A DNA stretch of 54,760 bases from assembly GCA_964358065.1 (NCBI GenBank), contig CAYHNV010000002.1, positions 1 through 54,760 on the forward strand, in the 5' to 3' direction. The notes beneath the pieces are model-generated. The model worked only from the letters and a program-made list of their open reading frames with translations. It had not been told where the DNA came from and made no database searches. Below, piece by piece: positions 1 to 7,215 of the stretch. Position 1 is the first letter of the stretch; each line of letters begins with the position of its first letter. This stretch comes from an uncultured Elusimicrobia bacterium. Its GTDB lineage: Bacteria; Elusimicrobiota; Elusimicrobia; UBA1565; UBA9628. Position numbers and translations under genes: made by a program.

Positions 1-1226
1 CTGCCGCTTTCCCGGCATTCGCATTCACTCTGCTCTGGTCGGATTTCCGACGGGATGCGGAGTCTCCGGTCGTTCTCGCCTTCCTCGCCACCTTGGCCGG
101 CGGCGTCATCATCGCGCGCGCCGGCGAGCCCGCGGTCCGACTCGCCCTTGGCCTGGGCATCGCGGGGCTCTGGGCCCTGGCCGCGGGCCTGTCGGCCCAC
201 CGTTCCCGCCAGTCCGTCGATGAGCGCGCCTTGCTCCTCGAGCAGATGTCCCTTCAGGATGCCATCCGCGATGACGACCGCGACCTCAAGTACTACCGTT
301 CCTACGAGGAGACCGTTGGTTCCGAGACCCGTCTGCGCCGCGACATGGCCGATGCGGCCAAGACCCTGTCCGGCACGCTTGACGCGGGCGAGGTCCAGGC
401 TCGGCTGGTCGGCATTCTGCATGCGCGTTTCCCCGGTGCGCGCATCGCGGTAGCCTCGGGCGCCGCCGATGATCCGCTCCTGCTGGCGGCCCAGCGTCGC
501 CGCGGTCCGGTCCTGGTCAAAGACGCGCGCACGGAGACCGGCATCGTCCCCGGGGCGCGATTTGCCTCCGGCATGGCCGTTCCCATGCAGGTCATGCGCC
601 ATCCCGCGGGCTTCGTCAAGATCGAGAGCGACAAGCCCGGAGCCTTCGGACCTGACGACGTAAGGGCAGCCGACCTCTTCGCCACGATGGCCGCGCTGAG
701 CCTGGAGAACATCCAGCTCTATGAGAGCGTTCACCGTCTGGCGACCCATGACGCCCTGACCCAACTCCACAGCCACAAGGCTTTCCAGCAGCGCCTCCAG
801 GAAGAGATCCTGCGCTCCGGCCGCAGCCAGAGCCCGCTGTCCATGATCATGTGCGACGTGGACCACTTCAAGAGCTACAACGACCGTTACGGCCATCAGG
901 CCGGCGACCATCTGCTCAAGACCCTGGCCGGGATCCTGGCGTCCTTCGCGCGTCCCGTGGACATGGTGGCGCGTTATGGCGGCGAGGAGTTCACGCTCAT
1001 CCTGCCCAACTACGTCCGTTCGGAGACCGTCCAGCTCGCCGAGCGCATCCGCGCGCGCGTGTCGGATGAGCCTTTCGTCTTTCAGGGGCTGCCGACCCGT
1101 GCCACGATGAGCTTCGGCGTCGCCTCTTTCCCTCAAGACGCCACGACGGCCTCCCAGATCGTGCGCTGCGCAGACGAGCGGATGTACCGTGCCAAGCATG
1201 GCGGACGCAACCAGGTGGTCGGATGA
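1..1226 (+). CDS. GAF-GGDEF diguanylate cyclase, 5'-partial (frame stays open to the window edge)
   Basis: ORF 93..1226 begins at TTG. The same frame has no stop back to nt 3 and encodes hydrophobic helices. A GAF-like central region is followed by a GGDEF domain with DVDHFKSYND and RYGGEEF. An RxxD I-site (RPVD) sits 5 aa before GGEEF. Confidence 0.85.
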   Translation, partial: AAFPAFAFTLLWSDFRRDAESPVVLAFLATLAGGVIIARAGEPAVRLALGLGIAGLWALAAGLSAHRSRQSVDERALLLEQMSLQDAIRDDDRDLKYYRSYEETVGSETRLRRDMADAAKTLSGTLDAGEVQARLVGILHARFPGARIAVASGAADDPLLLAAQRRRGPVLVKDARTETGIVPGARFASGMAVPMQVMRHPAGFVKIESDKPGAFGPDDVRAADLFATMAALSLENIQLYESVHRLATHDALTQLHSHKAFQQRLQEEILRSGRSQSPLSMIMCDVDHFKSYNDRYGHQAGDHLLKTLAGILASFARPVDMVARYGGEEFTLILPNYVRSETVQLAERIRARVSDEPFVFQGLPTRATMSFGVASFPQDATTASQIVRCADERMYRAKHGGRNQVVG

Positions 1227-2509
1227 GCCGAGAGGTCCTTGAGGCGGGATTCATCCTGGCTCCCGCGGCGGCGCTCTGGCTGTCATACCCGCGACGGCCC
1301 AGGGTCGCCGCGGTCGCTTGCGGAGTCGTCCTGGCCGTCGGGGCCGTTCTGGTCGCGCTGGCTCAGGCGGATGCGCGCTCCGGCTCGGCGCTGGCCGTGC
1401 TCGGCGCCCTGCTCTCCACGGTGCTGACCTGGCTCCTGTGCCGTCGTCGCGAGGCGGATCATCGTGCCGCCTTCAGCCGCCTGGAGACGGTCCGCAGCCA
1501 ACGTCTTCAAATCTCGGAGGAACTCTCCCGCCTCAAAAAACGCGGCCTGAGCGCCGAGCGCGAGCACCGCGAGACCCTGGCCGTCTATGGGATGGTCAAG
1601 AGCCTGGCCGAGGCCCTGTCCTGGGACGACGCCCGCCCGCGCATCGAGGCCGCCATCGAACAGTATTTCGGCAACGGCGCGGAATACGCGCTCTATGTGG
1701 CGGGCCTGCGCGACGAGGGGGAAGTCCGTCCCTTGACGCTGCGCGGGCTGAGGGCCTCTCCGGGTTCTTCTTGGACCACACTGAGCCGATTCCTGCAGGA
1801 ACAGGGCGCGGTCCCGACGTCCTCGAAGGTCTTCGAGCGCCCGGAGCGCGCCGTGGGCATGCCGATCCACGAAGGAACCGAGATGTTGGGCTACCTCTAC
1901 GCCCGCGTGCCCGACGGGGCCGCCCCTCAGGAGTGGCTGTCCAAGACCGAGGCCTTCGCTTCGGAGCTCATCGTGGCCTTCAAGCGCGTCAAGCTCTTCC
2001 AGGAGATGGAGCGCCTCTCCGAGATCGACGGCCTGACGGGACTTAAGCGTCGCGGCGCTTTCGACAAGCGCCTGGCCGAGGAGGTCGTGCGCGCAAGGAC
2101 CTTCAAGACCACCTTCGGCCTGATGCTCCTTGACATTGACCATTTCAAGAGCTTGAATGATAAATACGGCCATCCCTTCGGCGACCAGGTCCTTAAGCGC
2201 ATCGGCACGGTGCTGAAGACGACGGTCTACGATACGGACTTCGTGGCCCGCTACGGCGGCGAGGAGTTCGTGGTCCTCCTGCCTCGCGCGGAACCCGAGG
2301 GTGCGCGGCGCAAGGCCGAGGCGATTCGGACCGCCATCGAGGCGGAGGCTTTCTCGGCGGGATTCGAGGCCGTGAAGACGACGGTCTCCATCGGTCTGGC
2401 CTTTTTCCCGCGCGATGCGGCCACGTCGGAAGAGTTGGTCTCGCGGGCGGACGCCGCCATGTACGCGGCCAAGTCGGGCGGGCGCAACCGTGTCGTGGAT
2501 CGCACCTAA
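1223..2509 (+). CDS. membrane-anchored GGDEF diguanylate cyclase
   Basis: ATGA overlap with the upstream stop. N-terminal TM helices, a coiled-coil/GAF-like middle, then DIDHFKSLNDKYGH and RYGGEEFVVLLP. Confidence 0.85.
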   Translation: MSREVLEAGFILAPAAALWLSYPRRPRVAAVACGVVLAVGAVLVALAQADARSGSALAVLGALLSTVLTWLLCRRREADHRAAFSRLETVRSQRLQISEELSRLKKRGLSAEREHRETLAVYGMVKSLAEALSWDDARPRIEAAIEQYFGNGAEYALYVAGLRDEGEVRPLTLRGLRASPGSSWTTLSRFLQEQGAVPTSSKVFERPERAVGMPIHEGTEMLGYLYARVPDGAAPQEWLSKTEAFASELIVAFKRVKLFQEMERLSEIDGLTGLKRRGAFDKRLAEEVVRARTFKTTFGLMLLDIDHFKSLNDKYGHPFGDQVLKRIGTVLKTTVYDTDFVARYGGEEFVVLLPRAEPEGARRKAEAIRTAIEAEAFSAGFEAVKTTVSIGLAFFPRDAATSEELVSRADAAMYAAKSGGRNRVVDRT

Positions 2510-2520
2510 GGAGAAACAAG

Positions 2521-3561
2521 GTGGACGAGACGAACTTGAACGCCGCAGCCGCTCCCGGGCCGGATGCACATGCCGCCAGTCCTCGCCGCATCAAGAGACG
2601 CTTGGTGGTCGGCCTGCTCGTCCTCCACGCCGCGGCCCTGCTGGCCGCCGGGATGCTGGTCCTGCGCGCCAAGAGCGACGCGCCTCGTATCGACGGCAGC
2701 AAGGCGAAGAACCTCCTGGACCTGGCACCCAGGGACTCCGTGGGCTGGGTCTCCATCCGCGGTCCCATCATGTCGTCCGACTCGGGCAAGCTTTGGGAGC
2801 GCGGCTCGGAGCAGTGGGCGCGCCGCATCGAGCAGTTGGCCGAGACCAAGGGGGTCAAGGCCATCGTGCTGGACATCAACTCCCCGGGCGGCTCGGTGGG
2901 TGCTGTGCAGGAGATATACTCCCGCATCCTGCGTGTCAAGAAGGAGCATCCGACGATTAAGTTCGTCGCGCTCTTCGGCGACGTCGCGGCTTCCGGCGGC
3001 TACTACCTCGCCGCCGCGTGCGACAAGATCGTCGCGCATCCAGGCTCGCTCACGGGCTCCATCGGCGTCATCTTCTCGGTCTCCAACATGGAGGGGCTCT
3101 TCGCGAAGGTCGGCTACAAGATGGACCCGATCAAGTCCGGCCGGCACAAGGACATCGGTTCTCCAGCGCGTTCCATGACCGCCGAGGAGCGCCAGATCCT
3201 GCAGGACCTCATCGACGACGCCTACGGCCAGTTCGTCTCGGCGGTCGCCGAGGGGCGCAAGATGACCATCGAAGAGGTCAAGCCTCTGGCCGACGGCCGC
3301 ATTTACTCCGGCAACCAGGCCCTGGCCAACAAGCTGGTCGACCAGCTGGGCGACTCCAAGGACGCGCTGATGCTTGCGGCCAAGATGGGCGGCATCAAGG
3401 ACGAGAAGCCGCGCGTGCGCCGCGACAACGAGAAGTTCAGCGACCTCTTCGAGCTTCTCGAGTCGCGGGCTCGTCTGGTCCTGGGCGTGGGGCCGGTGAG
3501 CCTGCCTCTTCCCAGCGCTCTGTCCGCGCACGGCATGATGTATCTCTGGTCGGGTTGGTGA
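2521..3561 (+). CDS. sppA: signal peptide peptidase SppA (36K type)
   Basis: N-terminal TM helix, INSPGGSVGA, and GDVAASGGYYLAAACDKIVAHPGSLTGSIGV (S49 peptidase signature). Confidence 0.85.
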   Translation: MDETNLNAAAAPGPDAHAASPRRIKRRLVVGLLVLHAAALLAAGMLVLRAKSDAPRIDGSKAKNLLDLAPRDSVGWVSIRGPIMSSDSGKLWERGSEQWARRIEQLAETKGVKAIVLDINSPGGSVGAVQEIYSRILRVKKEHPTIKFVALFGDVAASGGYYLAAACDKIVAHPGSLTGSIGVIFSVSNMEGLFAKVGYKMDPIKSGRHKDIGSPARSMTAEERQILQDLIDDAYGQFVSAVAEGRKMTIEEVKPLADGRIYSGNQALANKLVDQLGDSKDALMLAAKMGGIKDEKPRVRRDNEKFSDLFELLESRARLVLGVGPVSLPLPSALSAHGMMYLWSGW

Positions 3562-3562
3562 C

Positions 3563-4135
3563 ATGGACGTTCTTGAGCTCCTTTACGACTATTTCGAGGA
3601 CCGCGCCCACGCGACGGCCCTCATCCGTCAGCGGCGCCCCTACGCGCTGGGCCTGCTGTGTGCTTTGATCGGGGCGACCAGCCTTTATTTCGCCCAGGCC
3701 CTGGCGGGAAGGCTTGTGCTGATGCCCTTCTCATGGCCCTCGCTGCTGCTGGCCCTCCTGTGGCGGACCTCGTTGATCTTCGCGGCCGCCGCGGTGCTCC
3801 ACTTCCTGTTGGACCTGTCCGGGGCCCGCGGCGACTCGGGTGCGCTCTTCGTCCATCTGGGCCTCTCCGAGCTGGCGTGGATGTCCCTGGTGCCGTGCAT
3901 CTTGATCGCTCAGTCGTTATTCCCGCATTCGCCCTGGCCGGTGCGGCTGGCTTTCGTCGCGGTCGGCTTTTGGTCCTTGGCGCTCAAGGCGCGCGCCTTG
4001 CGCGATGAATATGGCGTGGGCGAGGCCCGCGCTTGGGCGACTTTGGTCTTGCCCGGCCTGGCTTTGGCCTGCCTGGCGGCGCTGTCAACGACCCTGGCGG
4101 TGGCGGCCTTCGTGATCAAGGCATTCTCCTCGTGA
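3563..4135 (+). CDS. polytopic membrane protein (Yip1-like, uncertain)
   Basis: 190 aa with 4-5 predicted hydrophobic helices. Tightly packed between sppA and nnrE. Confidence 0.5.
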   Translation: MDVLELLYDYFEDRAHATALIRQRRPYALGLLCALIGATSLYFAQALAGRLVLMPFSWPSLLLALLWRTSLIFAAAAVLHFLLDLSGARGDSGALFVHLGLSELAWMSLVPCILIAQSLFPHSPWPVRLAFVAVGFWSLALKARALRDEYGVGEARAWATLVLPGLALACLAALSTTLAVAAFVIKAFSS

Positions 4136-4860
4136 GCCCCAAGGAGCCTGTCCCCAGCGTCTGGGATGGGCTGCCCGTCGTGGATTCGGCGCGCATGCGC
4201 GCGCTCGACTTCGACGCGATCGCGCGCTTCTCCATGCCTGCCGCGAAACTGATGGAGAACGCGGGCCGCGCCGTCGCGCGGGAGACCATCGCCTTCCTAG
4301 GGGAGCGCGGCATCCAGCCGGTTCGGGCCAAGGTCGTCGTCTGCTGCGGGCGCGGCGCCAACGGCGGCGACGGCGTGGTCGCGGCACGGCATCTTCGCCA
4401 GGGGGGGGCGGGAGTGCTCGTATTCCTCTGTCCGGCCAAGAAGGACGCGGGCTATCCGGAACTGCTCCGAGGCGTGCTGGCCTCGGCCGCGAAGGCGGGC
4501 GTGGAGGTGCGTCAGGCCGGGCCCGAAGCGGGTCTGGGCGCGGCCCTGGCCGCTTGCGATTTGGTGGTGGACGCTTTGCTCGGCACCGGCTCCAGCGGCA
4601 AGCCCGCGGGCGCCATCCACCACATGATCGCGCAGATCAACAAGGCGAAGAAGCCGGTCGTGGCCGTGGACATCCCCACGGGGCTGCATCCGGACACCGG
4701 CTACCACAGCGGGGCCTATGTGAGCGCCAACATCACCCTGGCTCTGGGTCTGCCAAAGAAGGGGTTGCTGCCCGCGCACGCCAAGCCCTTCGTGGGGACG
4801 CTGAAGGTCCTCGACATCGGCTATCCGGCGGAACTGGTCGCGGAGCTCCTTCCCAAATGA
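4132..4860 (+). CDS. nnrE: NAD(P)H-hydrate epimerase (YjeF N-terminal domain only)
   Basis: GTG at 4132 overlaps the upstream TGA (GTGA). Motifs MENAGRAVA and CGRGANGGDG. No NnrD/carbohydrate-kinase domain is attached. Confidence 0.8.
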   Translation: MSPKEPVPSVWDGLPVVDSARMRALDFDAIARFSMPAAKLMENAGRAVARETIAFLGERGIQPVRAKVVVCCGRGANGGDGVVAARHLRQGGAGVLVFLCPAKKDAGYPELLRGVLASAAKAGVEVRQAGPEAGLGAALAACDLVVDALLGTGSSGKPAGAIHHMIAQINKAKKPVVAVDIPTGLHPDTGYHSGAYVSANITLALGLPKKGLLPAHAKPFVGTLKVLDIGYPAELVAELLPK

Positions 4861-5432
4861 GGCGCGCCGCGCTTGTCGTACTCCTCGTCCTCGCGGCCTG
4901 CGGCCGCCCCCAAGGGCCTTACGCCGTCCTGGAGACCTCCAAGGGCCGTCTGGTGGCACGTCTCTATTCCGACCGCGCTCCCCGAACGATCGCGCATCTC
5001 CGGGCCCTTTCCGATGGGACCAAGCCTTGGAGGGACCCCAAGACCGGCCAGGTCGTCCTGCGGCCCCTTTACGATGGGACCGTCTTCCACCGCGTGGTCC
5101 CCGGCTTCATGATCCAGGGCGGCGACCCCGCCGGCGTCGGCGGCGGCGACCCCGCCGTGCCCATCCAGGATGAGTTCTCTGGCTCCAAGTTCGACCGGCC
5201 GGGCCTGCTGGGCATGGCCAGTTGGGGGCCCGGGACTTCCCAGACCCAGTTTTTCATCACCCTGGGCCCGGCACCGGACCTGGACGGCCAGTACACCCTC
5301 TTCGGGGAATTGGTGGAGGGCCTGGAGGTCGCGCGGGCCATCGGCGCCGTTGCGCGCGACATCGCGAACTACGACCGCCCTCTCGAGCCGCCTGTTCTCA
5401 AAAGCCTGCGGGTCGTTCTGTCTCGCCCCTAA
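4857..5432 (+). CDS. cyclophilin-type peptidyl-prolyl isomerase, lipoprotein
   Basis: ATG at 4857 overlaps the nnrE stop (ATGA). Lipobox-like LVLAAC, then FHRVVPGFMIQGGDP and QFFIT. Confidence 0.85.
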   Translation: MRRAALVVLLVLAACGRPQGPYAVLETSKGRLVARLYSDRAPRTIAHLRALSDGTKPWRDPKTGQVVLRPLYDGTVFHRVVPGFMIQGGDPAGVGGGDPAVPIQDEFSGSKFDRPGLLGMASWGPGTSQTQFFITLGPAPDLDGQYTLFGELVEGLEVARAIGAVARDIANYDRPLEPPVLKSLRVVLSRP

Positions 5433-5454
5433 CGATCAAGGAGAAAGGTCCGCT

Positions 5455-6246
5455 TCAGGTGCGGCCCGTCGCGGCTCGGACTTTCTCGGAGATTGCGGCC
5501 AGGCGTTTTTTAACGCCCGGAGCGCGCTTCTCGAGCAGGGGCAGGACCTTCCGCCGGACCCAGTTCCGCGTGAACTTCGGGTCGCTATTGCTGCGGTCCT
5601 GGCGGGAGCCCAGTCCGTGCACTTCCAGATAGTCCTGGACCTCCTTCCGCGTCAGCGGCAGGAGGGGGCGGATCAGCGAAACGGCCGGCGTGAGCGCGCG
5701 GCGCGGCGACATGCCGCCAAGTCCTTCCAGGCTGGTGCCGCGCAGGAGATGGAGCAGGACCGTCTCCGCCTGGTCGTCGAGTTGGTGGCCCGTGGCGACT
5801 GCTGTAAATCGCCCGCGCCGGGCTCGCGCCGTGAGCAGGCGGTAGCGCTGCTTGCGCCCCGCTTCCTCGAGTCCCAGACCCCGCGCTTTTGCCAAGCCCT
5901 TCACGTCGGCCCGGACGATGGTGACCGCCAGGCCCAGCTTGACACCCAGCTTTGCCACGAAGGCGGCGTCATGGTCGGCCTCGCGGCCGCGCAGGCCATG
6001 GTGGACGTGGAACAGGCGGACCGTCAGGTTTTTCTTGCGGGCTTGGACGCTCAGCCAGTGCGCCAGGCATACGGAGTCCGGCCCTCCTGAGATCGCGGCC
6101 AGGATGCGCCCTCCGTTGGGGAGCAGGGCATGGCGCTTCTCGAAGGCCACCAGCTTCGACCAGGTCCGGGCGGCGAATTCCTTGCGGCGCGGCGGGCGGC
6201 GAGTCCGGCGGATCTTCACGAAGCGATGATACCTCTTCACCTGCAA
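5455..6246 (-). CDS. tilS: tRNA(Ile)-lysidine synthase, short form (PP-loop N-terminal domain only)
   Basis: SGGPDS PP-loop (AISGGPDSVCL), HHGLRG, ATGHQLDDQAET. Only 263 aa, with an Arg/Lys-rich N-terminal extension. Confidence 0.75.
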   Translation of the reverse strand: MQVKRYHRFVKIRRTRRPPRRKEFAARTWSKLVAFEKRHALLPNGGRILAAISGGPDSVCLAHWLSVQARKKNLTVRLFHVHHGLRGREADHDAAFVAKLGVKLGLAVTIVRADVKGLAKARGLGLEEAGRKQRYRLLTARARRGRFTAVATGHQLDDQAETVLLHLLRGTSLEGLGGMSPRRALTPAVSLIRPLLPLTRKEVQDYLEVHGLGSRQDRSNSDPKFTRNWVRRKVLPLLEKRAPGVKKRLAAISEKVRAATGRT

Positions 6247-6269
6247 GAAACTGCTAAACTTTTTTGCTC

Positions 6270-7214
6270 ATGACGAAACTTCCTTGGATCCTTGCGATCC
6301 TTTTGGCGGGATCGTCCCTCTGGAGCGCGGCCGCGGCGGACGCTCCGCGCTCCGAGGAGGCCGTGCGTGAATCAGTGCTGCGCCTGGCCGCCGGAGACGT
6401 GCCCGGCGCGCGGGACCAAGCCCAGGCCGCCGTCGCCGCCGACCCGCGCAATTCAAAGGCCCTCCAGCAGCTGGCGCGGGCGGCCGGCGCCGCGCTCGAC
6501 TTCCCCTCGGCCGACCCGGCCGCTTCCCGCGCGATGGAGATTGAGGGCCTCACGCCCGCCCTGCTCTGTCTGCGTTCCGAGGCGCGCGCGGGGCGCGGCG
6601 ACTTCGCGGGCGCCTTGGCGGACGCGGAGAAGGCCGCCGGGATCAACCCGGGCAGCGCGCGGGCGGTCTTGCGCCGGGCGGTCGCCAAAGAGGGCCTGGG
6701 CCGCCCGTCCGAAGAGGTTCTGGCCGATTATCGTCGCGCGGCCGAACTCGACGGCGCTCACGCCGCTCTGCGTGACGCGGCCTTCTCGCGCCTCTTGCCT
6801 GCGCGGCGTTCCCGCAGCGGGCTGGGCACGCTGTTGGGGGTGCTCGCCGCCTCAGGCGTCATCGGCTGGGCCTGGGCGCGCGCTCACCGCCGGCCCGAGA
6901 TCGATGCGCGCGTGCCCGCGCCGCCTCCAGCCTTGCCGGGGAGCGGTCGGCTGTCCGCGCGCGCGGCTCTGCAGGCGCTGGCGAAAGCGGTCGCCGTCGC
7001 TCCGGGACCGGAGGAGACCCTGGCTCTGGCCTTGGATCTTCATGAGCGCCTGACCGGCCGTCGGCCTCCGGCGGGGACTGGTTTTGCGGGGCTTCCTGCC
7101 GGCATGGACGTCTTTTTCGAGCGGGCCCTTCACTCGGACCCGCAGCGGCGCTTTCGCAACGGCACGGAGCTCCTCGGAGCCTTCCGCAGCATCGTCGACC
7201 CTGCCGTCGACTAA
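6270..7214 (+). CDS. secreted TPR-repeat protein with one TM helix and a cytoplasmic kinase-C-lobe-like tail
   Basis: ATG at 6270 (the track starts at TTG 6264). Signal peptide, TPR-like Ala-rich repeats, TM helix LGTLLGVLAASGVIGWAWA. The tail is HERLTGRRPP...FFERALHSDPQRRFRNGTELLGAF. Confidence 0.6.
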   Translation: MTKLPWILAILLAGSSLWSAAAADAPRSEEAVRESVLRLAAGDVPGARDQAQAAVAADPRNSKALQQLARAAGAALDFPSADPAASRAMEIEGLTPALLCLRSEARAGRGDFAGALADAEKAAGINPGSARAVLRRAVAKEGLGRPSEEVLADYRRAAELDGAHAALRDAAFSRLLPARRSRSGLGTLLGVLAASGVIGWAWARAHRRPEIDARVPAPPPALPGSGRLSARAALQALAKAVAVAPGPEETLALALDLHERLTGRRPPAGTGFAGLPAGMDVFFERALHSDPQRRFRNGTELLGAFRSIVDPAVD

Positions 7215-7215
7215 G

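Noticed and set aside
4401-4408. G8 homopolymer inside nnrE as a second phase-variation site
   Set aside because: It sits mid-gene in a housekeeping enzyme (RQGGAG codons). It more likely reflects GC-rich Gly/Pro codon usage. I kept it only as a control that weakens the G9 argument.
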